Below are positions 49,869-60,656 of a stretch of 64,000 bases of DNA, piece by piece. A program made the translations under genes and the position numbers. The stretch is from Promethearchaeia archaeon (GTDB taxonomy: Archaea; Asgardarchaeota; Lokiarchaeia; Sigyniarchaeales; SOKP01). Position 1 is the first letter of the stretch; each line of letters opens with the position of its first letter. The stretch spans positions 1 to 64,000 of the forward strand of contig JAHQWJ010000148.1 in the NCBI GenBank assembly GCA_029856125.1. Direction: 5' to 3'. The notes beneath the pieces were generated by a model. That model had not been told where the DNA came from. It saw nothing but the letters and a program-made list of their open reading frames with translations, and ran no database searches.

Positions 49869-50969
49869 TTAAGCACTTTGAGCATTAGCATTGACACTGC
49901 CAGTAGATGTTTTTAATGAAAACACATATCTATACATCGCATCTCCGTAGTTTAAAGTCGAGTAAACGCTTCCTAAACTTGTGATCTCCATAGTTGCGTG
50001 AGGTGTGTAATTAAGTGATCCTAGACTAGTTGAACCAACAAATTTAACATTGGTGTTAATTAAATTATCTCTATAAAGCACATCAACGCTTCCTGTGGAA
50101 GTTTCCCAACTACCGGTTACATTTGCATCCATAGAGATATACTGATAAATTTCCGCATCGATACTACCTGTAGACGTTTTTAGATTTAAACTAATGTCTT
50201 TTGTGTATACCATATTATAACACTTGAAGGTCACACTGCCTGTGGAAACTGTTCCTATTAAATCATCCCCCATTAAACAGTTTGTATAGTTTAACGATAA
50301 CGATCCCGTTGATGTTAGAGCTCGAAAACCGCTGGTAAAATTAGTGTTAGCGGCAAAAGATTCTACGCTACCCGTGCTACTCGCGAGTCTAACTTTTCCT
50401 TGGAACTCGTTGTTTCCTAATGTTGTTAATTTGATTGAGCCCGTGCTTGAAGTTAATGAAGTTCCATTTAGAATGACATCATCAGAAACCAGCATTTCAA
50501 TAGATCCTACAGAAATTAAGGCGGTGAGATCGTATACTACATCTGTTCGTAAAGTAACAGCGACAGTAATGTTATATGATTTAAACCAATGCGATGGATT
50601 GAACCAGGCATCTGGTAGAGCTTGGAGATTAAAGATACCAGTCGTATTATCCCACCATTGTGTACTTGGATGAAAGAAATCCGTGTATGTCTTTCCTTCC
50701 ATATACAAGCCTGCAACTTCTATGTTTACATCGATTTTAGCGTAAGACGTAGTTGGAGTAGTATTATATGTAAAGAGAATTTTTCCGATGTCTACATTGA
50801 AGGTAAGTTCTTCTATCGGATCGGGAGAACTTGGCTCGTACGAAAAATTAAACGAGTTTTCGATACTCCCTGAAGTTGCGAAACCGTAGATAACGAATCC
50901 TGCACCGCCACCTACAATTAGAGCAACTGCAATAATTAGAGCAATTTTATAATTTCTCATTTTTTTCAC
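49869..50969 (-). CDS. Membrane-anchored DUF4097-like beta-strand repeat (adhesin-like) protein
   Basis: N-terminal TM; repeated (T/S)STGS(I/V) motifs. Confidence 0.7.
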   Translation of the reverse strand: MKKMRNYKIALIIAVALIVGGGAGFVIYGFATSGSIENSFNFSYEPSSPDPIEELTFNVDIGKILFTYNTTPTTSYAKIDVNIEVAGLYMEGKTYTDFFHPSTQWWDNTTGIFNLQALPDAWFNPSHWFKSYNITVAVTLRTDVVYDLTALISVGSIEMLVSDDVILNGTSLTSSTGSIKLTTLGNNEFQGKVRLASSTGSVESFAANTNFTSGFRALTSTGSLSLNYTNCLMGDDLIGTVSTGSVTFKCYNMVYTKDISLNLKTSTGSIDAEIYQYISMDANVTGSWETSTGSVDVLYRDNLINTNVKFVGSTSLGSLNYTPHATMEITSLGSVYSTLNYGDAMYRYVFSLKTSTGSVNANAQSA

Positions 50970-51148
50970 AATAATTTTATTTGTTTTTTTTTAAATTACT
51001 TAATAGTGAAAGATTTTGGATTATATTTAAATGAAATTTAGACTGATTTTTATAAAGATCTCTGATGATATAAACTTTAATGCAAAAATTGCCCCTTAAA
51101 TAGCATTTTATGATAATTATTCATAAAAGCTTGTTAAAAAAAATGAAT

Positions 51149-51679
51149 TTAGAGATTTTTAATTAAAGAAGTAGCAAAATTCTTAGCATTTTCGAGATCT
51201 ATTTCATTAGGACGGCCTTTCATTTTCTCCATATCTTTTATCGCTTTCTCTTTTTGATCTTCCGGCAATTTTTCTAACATCCCTAACTGAGTCTCTAAAG
51301 GAATGCCTAAATTCTCTCCAACGCAATCGAATTTTCCAATAATTTCACAATTATGTTCTTTAGCGATATTATTGATCCGCTTAAATGGTTCTTGATATAG
51401 TTTTAAACTTGCATGAGTACAAAAATAAGCGAGTTTCGCAGGGAGATCAGGAACAGCTTTTTTTACCAGAGTTAATACTGATTTATCAATTCGACTGGCA
51501 TAAACTCCTGAGCCTAAAAACACAATATCGTATGAGTTCAATGTTTTAGGTTCAACATCTTTAACAGGAATCATGTCCACATCGTGGTCTGTTAAGCCGT
51601 CTTTCAAGCTATTTGCTACTTTTTCGGTATTTCCCGTATTTGAAAAAAAAGTAATTAAAATCTTCAATTTATACATCAA
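51149..51679 (-). CDS. Flavodoxin-domain protein
   Basis: FSNTGNTEKVA, YDIVFLGSG, GRPNEIDLENA. Confidence 0.85.
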   Translation of the reverse strand: MMYKLKILITFFSNTGNTEKVANSLKDGLTDHDVDMIPVKDVEPKTLNSYDIVFLGSGVYASRIDKSVLTLVKKAVPDLPAKLAYFCTHASLKLYQEPFKRINNIAKEHNCEIIGKFDCVGENLGIPLETQLGMLEKLPEDQKEKAIKDMEKMKGRPNEIDLENAKNFATSLIKNL

Positions 51680-51772
51680 CTCTTTATAGTAGAATAAAAA
51701 TAAGAAATTTTTATGATTTTAAGATTTATGTAAAAAAAGCAATCTATAAACTGCTCATCAGATTAGAGACAA

Positions 51773-52681
51773 TTAACTTTCTACTTCTATTTTGAAGAAG
51801 TTTATAGCATTTTCAACAGTTATTCTACTTACTTCTTGTTGAGAGGTATTGTGAGAATAAGCAATTGCCGCTATAGAATATTTTACATTTAAGGGCACAT
51901 TTACGGGGCCTCTTAGATAAGGATGCTGGTAGTAACTATCTGTTTCTGTAACTAAAGCAGATAATGGAGATTGTTTTGTCACTCTACGCCATTTGTTAAT
52001 CCCATAAGCTGAACTTGGAACTGATAAAGTGTATCCTTGTTTGGGCAAACTTATTCCATACTCGTCTGGACCGGAGAAACAATGCCACATAACGCGTTTA
52101 GGACTTATATTAAAGTCTTTAATTATATTAAGAATTTCTTTTGTTGCGCCATCCTTTTTATTATATCGATGCTGAGGGTGGTCTCGATCAAATTCGTGCT
52201 CAGCTGCATTTCTAACATGTAGAACATAGGGTTTATTAATCTCCTCTGTTAATTCGAATATTTTTTTTAGTTCTGTAACCTGTTTTTCTCGTTTTTCAAG
52301 AGTTTTTGCGTGATGAAAATCCAAACCAATTTCTCCAATAGCCAGTAAGTTTTCCTTATATTTTTGAACATTTTCAACCCAATCTTTCCAATCTCTATTG
52401 TATTGGAGTTTAGCAGTGTAGGTGACAGTTTGAGGCGCCCAACCAATTGTAAAACCAATTTTCTCCTTTCCTTTAATAAAATTTAGGATTAATTCAAGAG
52501 TACTATTATTGATCGAGCTGGTTACTAAGTACACGCCTCCATTATTCAAGAAGTCTCGATATTGCTGCTCATCAGAAGGTAATCTATCGTTTTTTTTAGG
52601 TCGAGGGAATGGTAGGTGACAATGAACATCGATAATTTTCAGATTTTCTTCTGGTTCTGGGATATTGATTTTCTTGGTCAT
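51773..52681 (-). CDS. tatD: TatD-family metal-dependent hydrolase
   Basis: IIDVHCH, IGEIGLD, VLHVR, WHCFSG, ETDS. Confidence 0.85.
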   Translation of the reverse strand: MTKKINIPEPEENLKIIDVHCHLPFPRPKKNDRLPSDEQQYRDFLNNGGVYLVTSSINNSTLELILNFIKGKEKIGFTIGWAPQTVTYTAKLQYNRDWKDWVENVQKYKENLLAIGEIGLDFHHAKTLEKREKQVTELKKIFELTEEINKPYVLHVRNAAEHEFDRDHPQHRYNKKDGATKEILNIIKDFNISPKRVMWHCFSGPDEYGISLPKQGYTLSVPSSAYGINKWRRVTKQSPLSALVTETDSYYQHPYLRGPVNVPLNVKYSIAAIAYSHNTSQQEVSRITVENAINFFKIEVES

Positions 52682-52810
52682 AGGGTCACAAAACTATAAT
52701 ATGGAATTTATTTTATGATGAAGTTGTTCTAATAATTTAATCTTTGTTCAAATATCAAATTAAGGGGGGTAATAAAATTTTTAATCAATCAACTTTATTT
52801 AGATGATATA

Positions 52811-53224
52811 ATGACCGAACAATTAGAATCGAAACTAAAAGAGTTAGAAATTAAAAAACTGGAGTTACAACCTAAAATTGATGAGATTGAAGCGAGAAAA
52901 GCTGAGGAAATCCAAGAATTAAACAAAAAATACGATCACATGATCCAGGACGCTAATAGTGAAGTTGACGATTTTGAACAGAAAATTATGAACGAAATTA
53001 TTGATTTATTTTCGAAAGCCGTGATGGATGAGTTTGACGCCAAAAGAAGCACAAGTGAATATACAGTTACAGAAAATTTTAAAGATTTTAGGGAGGGCGT
53101 TTCGAAAATTGATCTTTTTCCAAGAGATTTAATAGAGAGATTAGATAAGGTCATCGAAGGCGGCCTTATAGAAAATGTGGCCTACGATTTAGAAAAAATC
53201 GAAGCAAGCTATAAGAGAAATTAG
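52811..53224 (+). CDS. Hypothetical coiled-coil protein
   Basis: Heptad-rich E/K sequence. Confidence 0.65.
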   Translation: MTEQLESKLKELEIKKLELQPKIDEIEARKAEEIQELNKKYDHMIQDANSEVDDFEQKIMNEIIDLFSKAVMDEFDAKRSTSEYTVTENFKDFREGVSKIDLFPRDLIERLDKVIEGGLIENVAYDLEKIEASYKRN

Positions 53225-53373
53225 AAAAGAAATTTAATTTCATCTTTTTCTTTATCCATAATTACAACCAATTCTTAGTGTCATTCTTGGTATTATGTGG
53301 ATATTAGTGGGTTAAATATGTTCTAGTGAGGCTAGACTTTTCAATATTAAGAAATAATGAGTATATAGGTAAA

Positions 53374-53517
53374 ATGGAAATATTTGAAGAGGAAGTCGAG
53401 ATTTATAACGCAAAAATGCGATTATTGACGTGGTTATACGACGAAATCAAAATCCAATCGGGTTTATCTAAAGATTTACTCAATGAAAAAGGTCAAAAAC
53501 TACCAATAAATCAATAA
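53374..53517 (+). CDS. Small hypothetical protein (possibly a gene remnant)
   Basis: MEIFEEEVEIYNAKMRLLTWLYDEIK...; coding-like composition only. Confidence 0.35.
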   Translation: MEIFEEEVEIYNAKMRLLTWLYDEIKIQSGLSKDLLNEKGQKLPINQ

Positions 53518-53538
53518 TTCAATCGATTACTTATTGTG

Positions 53539-54102
53539 TTAACAGATATTCAATATTTCTTCAATAATTTTCTTAATATAAGATATGCAATCCTCTAATT
53601 TACCTTTTCTTGGAATATGAATAAAAATCACAGGGTAATTATTTTTTGAAATATCTAAAGCCCAATGGTATATATAATTACATAAATAGAATCCAGGAAA
53701 ATAAGAAATAGAGAGCCTTAAGCTATCTTTGAGAGCTTTATAAATTTCTTTTATATTTAAAATTGTATTAAATTTTATTGATTTTTTTATATTAATAAAA
53801 CCCATTTTATAAAATCCATCCACATCTTTACCAAAAGCCAAATTTAATGAAAATTTTTCTAAATAAATTCTTTTTTTTGAATGGATTCCCATAAGTATAA
53901 CTAAATACGGTTTTACTTTAGTTGACTTTAAGAATTCTAGGTATGACTTGACGCACCTTTTCCAACTAACAGGTAAAATGATTTTTTCAATAGAATACTG
54001 TTGAAAGTTATCATCAAAGTATCTAACAATATCACCACTAAGATTTGAAGAAAGTTTCCCAAATTTCTCAAAACCAGTTAAAAGTATCGTATTTTTTATC
54101 AT
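53539..54102 (-). CDS. pcp: Pyroglutamyl-peptidase I (peptidase C15)
   Basis: ILLTGFEKF..N.S, LPVS, LE...N, GFYLCNY, FIHIP. Confidence 0.8.
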   Translation of the reverse strand: MIKNTILLTGFEKFGKLSSNLSGDIVRYFDDNFQQYSIEKIILPVSWKRCVKSYLEFLKSTKVKPYLVILMGIHSKKRIYLEKFSLNLAFGKDVDGFYKMGFINIKKSIKFNTILNIKEIYKALKDSLRLSISYFPGFYLCNYIYHWALDISKNNYPVIFIHIPRKGKLEDCISYIKKIIEEILNIC

Positions 54103-54179
54103 TTACCCATGAAGTGTAAAAATTCATTAAAAGTAGAAAATCTATTAGTAAAAAATAAAAGGATAATAAAAATACACAT

Positions 54180-54599
54180 TTATTCTACGGTTTTGCTTTT
54201 TAGTTCATCTGCTTCCAATTTGTCCAATTTTTTCCTCAAAGCTTTAATGTCTGTCTCGTAAGATTTTATTTTTGTCTTTTTCTCTTTGAGGATATTGTCC
54301 AGTTTCTTATTTAAAGCTTTAGTCTTTCCCTTAACTAAATTATCGTATTTCTTTTTTAATGAAGATACTTCCACAGTTAATTTATTCATTTTTTTTGTCC
54401 ATTCTTTAGATTTTTCTGTGGCTTCTTTTAAATCTACTTCACCCACTTCAAGTTTAGATTTGGTATCGTTAATCTTATCATCAAAATCAGCTTCAATTTC
54501 TTTCTCAGCAGAAGCCTCCTTTTTAGAGGCGTCCTCTTCAACCCTCGTAATCTCGTCTTCCTTTTCTGAGATTTGCGTCCTAATTTCTTGTTCTGACAT
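54180..54599 (-). CDS. Hypothetical coiled-coil protein
   Basis: Almost entirely K/E heptads. Confidence 0.65.
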   Translation of the reverse strand: MSEQEIRTQISEKEDEITRVEEDASKKEASAEKEIEADFDDKINDTKSKLEVGEVDLKEATEKSKEWTKKMNKLTVEVSSLKKKYDNLVKGKTKALNKKLDNILKEKKTKIKSYETDIKALRKKLDKLEADELKSKTVE

Positions 54600-54756
54600 A
54601 TTATTTTCTCTTAATTATAATAGTTTTGCATTATGTTTTGTTATATTTGATTCCTTAAAAATTAATAAGATTGAGTTACAAATCGATCTTATTACTCAAA
54701 ATGAAAAAAAGATAGTAATTATTTTCGTGTAGAGCGCATTGAAATAAATATAAAAG

Positions 54757-55785
54757 TTAATCTATCGACTCCCCTAAAGCTAATCGACAGAGATCGCTAA
54801 GGATATAATTTTTTAACCCTTTTCGGCCAACTTTAGAGCCTAAGCTTTCCATACACATAGAACAATTGTAAACGCATGCTTCAGCATCATGTTCTATCAT
54901 ATCATCTACGTTATCGCTTTGAGTTTTGCGCCCTAAAGCTTTTTTACCAAGAGTGGCAAATAATCCACCGCAGCATAAAGCGTTTTCTCGATCGTATTCC
55001 CTCTCTACCCTCTCAACACCTATTAATTCGCAAATTTTATCTACCCATTCGTCAACTTCAGGGAGAAAACGATTTGAGCAGGATCTTTGATAGGCTATTT
55101 TCATGCCTAGTTGTTTAACAGCAGATTTATGCTCTTTTAAATAGTTATAGAGATATTCGTAGATGTGAACAGGTTTAAAGCCAGGTGGAAGATCAATGTT
55201 ATTTCTAGGACAAAAGGAAGCGTAAAATCCATAGCACTCGTCGTGAAAACATATCATTTCTTTAATACCTTGAGCTTTGATATTTGCCAATATCATTGGA
55301 GCCCTTTCTTTGATAATAGAGTCTCTTCCGTAATGATGATACATTAGGTTGCAAAAAAAGTCAAGGCCACTCACATATTGTAAATTTTCAAACAACTGCC
55401 CTTCCATATTTTTAGCATTTAATTTACCCAATCCACATTTATTTAACACTGGTTTATCAGAGTCAATTTCTTTTAATCTTACTTGATCGTGGGGAGCAAA
55501 TCTATTTACTGTACTCTCAATAATACCAGGGTTTATATTTAACGAATTGTATTTCTCGTGCAATTCTGTTATTAGATCGAAGGGATGAGATTCATAAGGA
55601 CAATATTCCTCGCATGCAAAACAAGTAACACAGTCGGACAACACTCGAGATTCTTCCCCGTTGATCATTTTAGTTTTTTCTACTCGCGCTTCTTCAATAT
55701 CGCTAAATTCCATCCATTGACAGCGAGTCAAACAATCTATATTTTCACATTTATCACAATTAGATTCGTCGAAAATTTTCTTCAC
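54757..55785 (-). CDS. Fe-S/CCG-domain protein (HdrD-related), tandem paralog 1
   Basis: CDKC..C..RC, CVTCFACEEYCP, HDEC, YQRSC, LCCG, NCSMC. Confidence 0.8.
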   Translation of the reverse strand: MKKIFDESNCDKCENIDCLTRCQWMEFSDIEEARVEKTKMINGEESRVLSDCVTCFACEEYCPYESHPFDLITELHEKYNSLNINPGIIESTVNRFAPHDQVRLKEIDSDKPVLNKCGLGKLNAKNMEGQLFENLQYVSGLDFFCNLMYHHYGRDSIIKERAPMILANIKAQGIKEMICFHDECYGFYASFCPRNNIDLPPGFKPVHIYEYLYNYLKEHKSAVKQLGMKIAYQRSCSNRFLPEVDEWVDKICELIGVERVEREYDRENALCCGGLFATLGKKALGRKTQSDNVDDMIEHDAEACVYNCSMCMESLGSKVGRKGLKNYILSDLCRLALGESID

Positions 55786-55868
55786 CCTTTTATAATTTAG
55801 TTTGATTTGTGTATATGTATTTCTCTACACTAATAATAATTATGATGAGATAAAAAAAATAGAAAAAA

Positions 55869-56903
55869 TTAGTATTCCAACTTTTCCCCTAACGCAAGTC
55901 GAGCCAAGTCGCTAATGAAATAGCACTTCATTCCTTTAGCTGTAACTTTCCTTTCTAACGTATCTTTACACATAGGACAATTGAATATACAAACCTCAGC
56001 ACCATGGTCTACCATATCCTGAACGTTGTCATTTTGAGTTTTACGAACGAGATTTTTATGACCCCTCATTGCAAAGGGTGCAGCGCAACATAAACCATTT
56101 TCTCTATCGTATTTCCTAGCAACCCGTTCTACTCCGATAAGTTCGCATATGTTATCAAGGATTTTATCAGTTTCGGTTACATAACGATTGGAACAGTTAC
56201 GCTGATAAGCGGCTTTAAAGTTTAATTTTGTTATTTCAGATTCGTGATCCTTAAGATAATTATATACATATTCAAATATATGGACGGGTTTAAAAGGCAC
56301 TTCAATGTTATTCCTTTGACAATATGAAGTATACAGTCCATAGCATTCGTCATGCCAACAGATGACCTCAGTATCCTTCTTAACACCAGTTTTTTTGAAG
56401 TTTTCAAGAATCAACGGAACTCTTTCCTTGATAATGGAAGGTGTGGCCGTGTGTTGATACATTAATTGACAAAAGAAATGTAAACCACCAACTGATTGTA
56501 GATCATCAAACATTGGTCCTTTCATTTCTTTTGCATTCGTTTTAGGGAACGCGCACTTATCTAAAATTGGCTTTTCAGGATCAATCGGGCGTGGTACAAA
56601 TTCTCCCTTTGCTTTAAACGTATCGATTGCATTTTGAGCAATTGCAGGTAAAATATTTTGAGAACTGTACTTTTCCTGAAGCTCATTGATTAAGTCAAAA
56701 GGATGCGAATTATATGTACAATACTCATCACAGGAAAAACATAGCATACACTCCTTCAAAATACGACAATCCTCATCCTCATTAATCAATTTAGCAACTT
56801 CTTTTCTAGCTGCGTCAATGCTCTCAAAAATGATCCATTGACACTTCATCATACAAGCAACTGTTTTACAATCTTTACAATGCGATTTATCAAACATATT
56901 CAT
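55869..56903 (-). CDS. Fe-S/CCG-domain protein, tandem paralog 2
   Basis: Collinear with 54757-55785: CMLCFSCDEYC, HDEC, YQRNC, LCCA, NCPMC. Confidence 0.8.
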   Translation of the reverse strand: MNMFDKSHCKDCKTVACMMKCQWIIFESIDAARKEVAKLINEDEDCRILKECMLCFSCDEYCTYNSHPFDLINELQEKYSSQNILPAIAQNAIDTFKAKGEFVPRPIDPEKPILDKCAFPKTNAKEMKGPMFDDLQSVGGLHFFCQLMYQHTATPSIIKERVPLILENFKKTGVKKDTEVICWHDECYGLYTSYCQRNNIEVPFKPVHIFEYVYNYLKDHESEITKLNFKAAYQRNCSNRYVTETDKILDNICELIGVERVARKYDRENGLCCAAPFAMRGHKNLVRKTQNDNVQDMVDHGAEVCIFNCPMCKDTLERKVTAKGMKCYFISDLARLALGEKLEY

Positions 56904-56996
56904 ACAGCTTTTTGTTATTTTGAATAATTATTATTTATATATTTTTTTATTAGTTTTAATCACGCTACAACCATTATTAATTTTATTTTCTGGAAT

Positions 56997-57512
56997 TTAT
57001 TCTTCAATAGTAAATTCCCAAGCGCAATAATAGTTATCTGGATGTTGATCAGGGGGGCAACATATACACTTAGTTTTTATTCTTGGATCTATGGTCTTAG
57101 CGAAATCTTCGTATTCTATAATTCCTACAGGTTTACAAGGGAAATCCGGAAGTTTTCTTCTTTTTCTAGCAGATTGCACCCGACAATCATTCATCCGAAA
57201 AACACAACGATTTTCAGAAATCTCTACTGTTTCTTGTATGTTTATATTGGCGTAAACTCTATAATTTAGCGCCTTAACCAATGCTGAAATTCCTCCATTT
57301 TCTTGAATATTGAACCGTCTCATGATTCGTTTTGCTTCAACTATAGTAAATCTTTTCCACTGTGTAGCATCAAGTTCAATGGCTTTCTCCAATCCAAATT
57401 CTCTTTCAACGGCTTGGAACCAAGTTCCATCAATTGCGAGCCAATTCTTGCTTAAATCTTCAATATAGTCTATCAGTTCTTCTTTGGTTAATCCTTCTAA
57501 ATCTTTTCTCAT
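56997..57512 (-). CDS. DUF6125 family protein
   Basis: WLAIDGTWFQAVE, CRVQSAR, FPCK, CICCPPD.HP..YCAWEF. Confidence 0.75.
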   Translation of the reverse strand: MRKDLEGLTKEELIDYIEDLSKNWLAIDGTWFQAVEREFGLEKAIELDATQWKRFTIVEAKRIMRRFNIQENGGISALVKALNYRVYANINIQETVEISENRCVFRMNDCRVQSARKRRKLPDFPCKPVGIIEYEDFAKTIDPRIKTKCICCPPDQHPDNYYCAWEFTIEE

Positions 57513-57536
57513 TATTCCACCACATCATTTTAGTTT

Positions 57537-59249
57537 TTAGTTTTTTTCCTTCCACAATTTACGCAATAAATGTGCTGCCATTTTAGGTCTTCTATCTCGA
57601 GTAAACACACCTTTATAGTTTGTCGATCCCATTCGAGTAATTCCTTGAGATGTTTTAAAGTCACACATATTCCATACATGTTCTCCAATTACATAAGGTT
57701 TACTCCGACAGACATCAATATATTTTTTTATGAATTCTGTTTGGTATTCTTCGCTAAACATTTCAGGCGGTTGAGAATGCCATCCAGGAATTGTGTCAGC
57801 TCCAAATTCACTAAGAATAATAGGTTTACGATGTTTTTCATATAAATTATCCATTTCTTTTGAAAGGAGTTCGCAAGCTTCATCTATGTTTCCTGGTTGC
57901 AAATACCATCCATAATATCGATTGATACATAATACTTCGCAGAATTCAAAAGCTTTTTCTTTTACACCCATCATATTTACAACAGTTACAGGCCTTGTGT
58001 TATCTAAATCTTTTGTCTTGTCGTATAATTTTCTAAAGAATTCCCCAGATTTCAAGCTATTATGGGGTTCGTTTGCTAAACTCCACATTATAACGCTTGG
58101 ATGGTTTTTATCTCTCTTTATTAATACTTCAATGAATTGATCGCATAATTCTTGTTGCCTCTCAATTACATCTTTTCTTAACGTAAGACCTACCGCAGGA
58201 ATTTCGTCAATGACTAAAAAACCAAGGCGATCTGCTAATTCCATCATTTGTTCTGAGTAAGGATAATGCGATGTTCGAAAGGAATTAGCTCCGATCCAAT
58301 TCATCAAAGAGTAGTCTTTGATTATTACTGCTGGAACATACCCTCGCCCTGTAATTGGAAAATCCTCGTGACGCCCAAATCCTGTTAAATAAATGGGTTT
58401 ACCATTTAATAACAACTTGTCTCCTTTCACTTCAATAGTCCGAATTCCTACTTTAAGCGAATAAGAATCGATTATAGTATCTGCTTTTACGATCTCAACT
58501 ATTAGATCGTATAAATTAGGTGTTTCTGGATTCCAAAACTTCGCTTGTTTTACTTCTAAAGTCATTTTTTGAATATTAAGCTCAATTTTCGATGTATTAG
58601 TTATCTCTGAACCAAATCCTTTTAGAGATAGATTCACATAGGCATCATTTAAGCCAACAGTTTCTAAAGTAACATCTAATATTCCCGTAGTGTCTTTTAT
58701 AGATGGTCTAACAGTTATGTCTCTTAATCCTTCGTTAGGAATAGCGTAAAGCAAGACTGGTCGATGAATTCCGCAAAAGGGATAAAAATCAAAATTAGTT
58801 TGCGGATTGTTCATTGGACGCCCGCGAGGTGGCACATGATTATCTGATAACCTCCCATCCACTCTAACTACTAATAAATTATCTTCCGAGACTATCTTGT
58901 CAGATATCTCGTACTCAAAGGGTAGATGTCCTCCCTCGTGATGTCCTACCACCTCTCCATTTAACCTTACATCAGAGAGGTAATTAACCGATCCAAACCT
59001 AATCATGATTTTCTTTTTATCCCATTCCCTTGGCATCATAAATTTCAGTTGATACCAGGCAGGTCCTAAAAAATCGCGGTCGTCAGCAAATTGATCGTTC
59101 CAACTGGCAGGTACAGCTATTGGACAGCCATTATTAAATCCCTTGGTCCAATTTTCTCCAACCCCTTTATCATCAGGATCAAAACGAAAATCCCAAAATC
59201 CAGATAGGTCTACAAAATGACGATTCTTATTTCTTTGCGGATAGAGCAT
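57537..59249 (-). CDS. uidA: Beta-glucuronidase (GH2)
   Basis: AVPASWND, HEGGHLPF, GFGRHED, FRTSHYPY, WSLANEP, LSEFGAD, NYKG (GUS-type NxK motif). Confidence 0.9.
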   Translation of the reverse strand: MLYPQRNKNRHFVDLSGFWDFRFDPDDKGVGENWTKGFNNGCPIAVPASWNDQFADDRDFLGPAWYQLKFMMPREWDKKKIMIRFGSVNYLSDVRLNGEVVGHHEGGHLPFEYEISDKIVSEDNLLVVRVDGRLSDNHVPPRGRPMNNPQTNFDFYPFCGIHRPVLLYAIPNEGLRDITVRPSIKDTTGILDVTLETVGLNDAYVNLSLKGFGSEITNTSKIELNIQKMTLEVKQAKFWNPETPNLYDLIVEIVKADTIIDSYSLKVGIRTIEVKGDKLLLNGKPIYLTGFGRHEDFPITGRGYVPAVIIKDYSLMNWIGANSFRTSHYPYSEQMMELADRLGFLVIDEIPAVGLTLRKDVIERQQELCDQFIEVLIKRDKNHPSVIMWSLANEPHNSLKSGEFFRKLYDKTKDLDNTRPVTVVNMMGVKEKAFEFCEVLCINRYYGWYLQPGNIDEACELLSKEMDNLYEKHRKPIILSEFGADTIPGWHSQPPEMFSEEYQTEFIKKYIDVCRSKPYVIGEHVWNMCDFKTSQGITRMGSTNYKGVFTRDRRPKMAAHLLRKLWKEKN

Positions 59250-59320
59250 TATAATTCCTCTTTATACGTTATAAATTACAAAAAACTTCTTGAAATATTA
59301 ATATAATTGAATCCTCTCAA

Positions 59321-60610
59321 CTACAGTAAGGTCTGAACAAACATCGATATTTTGTCTTTAATAGCCTTTGCCGAGGTTATTCGGGCGTCTCCAACATCGA
59401 AATCAATGACCAACATAGGAATTCCTACTTCGTCCATGAGAGCTTCCCTTAACAGCTGGGGAACGCCTCCAAATTGCTTGCACGCAATACTCTGTGTATA
59501 AATGAAGCAATCAGCGCTAAAATCTTTTGCCATTCTAATACAATCGTCTAAGAAGGGGTAATAAAACTCAGTTGATTGTTTTATCATTGGCCAACCCATA
59601 GCTTTTCTGGCCATCTGATAAAATAGAGAATCTAAATCAGCTTTAATATCAACAGGATCTGATAAATTATAGTTAAAGATATCGAGTAAAACGCTCATCC
59701 CCATTTTACGATCCAACCATTCGCATAAAGAAATATCAAAGAAAGTAAGCATGTAAGGCCAGATTGATCTTATCTTTTCTTCGCCTCCATGATGTTCTTT
59801 GTTCTTGTATCTGGATTTTGCGATATCGAGTATCCTACGATAAAAAGAAATGTTTTCAGGAGTTCCAGAAATAATTATCGTTGCTGCCGCTGAAATTGGA
59901 TTGAATATGTTTTCAATTGGGCTTGGAACAGCTTTTATTAAGTCAAACAATTCCATTCTTAATTTAGAAACTTCATTCTCTACTTCTAAAGCCTTTCTCA
60001 TTTTATAAAAATCGGGTTCTTGACCGATTACTTCCCCCAGACTATGAAGACTTAGCTTTAATTGTTCACCGTAATATTTGTAACTTTTTTCATCGTGAAG
60101 AAAGGGCATATCAGCAATTATTAGAGGAATTTTTTTTTCAAATTGGAAAAAGGGATATGACGCACATGTGGAATCGCATGGCGCTGTTGGAGTGATAATT
60201 GCGTCAAAATGGTACAAGTTTTCTAAACTCATCCCCATTGCTCCTTTTTGTGCGGAACACGTATGAAAGGGATGACCCCAATTTCCAATTACATCGTAAT
60301 ACTTTTCAACACCGTTCATTAATAGAGTTCCTAGAAAATAAGAAACTCCTTCAATGCATATAGGTACGCAATCAAAGCATTTAAGATAATCAGCTTGAAA
60401 TGCAAAGTGGTATCCAACGATGGGCACGCCTTCTCGAGCTTTTTCAATATCTCTCCTAACTACCGTTATCATTTCTTCCAAACCTATATTTAAAGAGGGA
60501 ATTCCTGTTTCGGGAAGGATCTTTTCTACTAACTCGTAGGTCGTTTCCATCGCGTTTAATAACATTTGATAAGGGATAATCCTATTTTCATTCTTACTTG
60601 TAGTATTCAA
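59321..60610 (-). CDS. 2-hydroxyacyl-CoA dehydratase family subunit (HgdA/BcrB-like)
   Basis: TCSAQK, APCDS, IACKQ, GIPML.IDFD..D.R. Confidence 0.82.
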   Translation of the reverse strand: MNTTSKNENRIIPYQMLLNAMETTYELVEKILPETGIPSLNIGLEEMITVVRRDIEKAREGVPIVGYHFAFQADYLKCFDCVPICIEGVSYFLGTLLMNGVEKYYDVIGNWGHPFHTCSAQKGAMGMSLENLYHFDAIITPTAPCDSTCASYPFFQFEKKIPLIIADMPFLHDEKSYKYYGEQLKLSLHSLGEVIGQEPDFYKMRKALEVENEVSKLRMELFDLIKAVPSPIENIFNPISAAATIIISGTPENISFYRRILDIAKSRYKNKEHHGGEEKIRSIWPYMLTFFDISLCEWLDRKMGMSVLLDIFNYNLSDPVDIKADLDSLFYQMARKAMGWPMIKQSTEFYYPFLDDCIRMAKDFSADCFIYTQSIACKQFGGVPQLLREALMDEVGIPMLVIDFDVGDARITSAKAIKDKISMFVQTLL

Positions 60611-60656
60611 AAATTCACATCTTTTTGTTTTATTTTTATTCTGAAATTTCTCTAAG

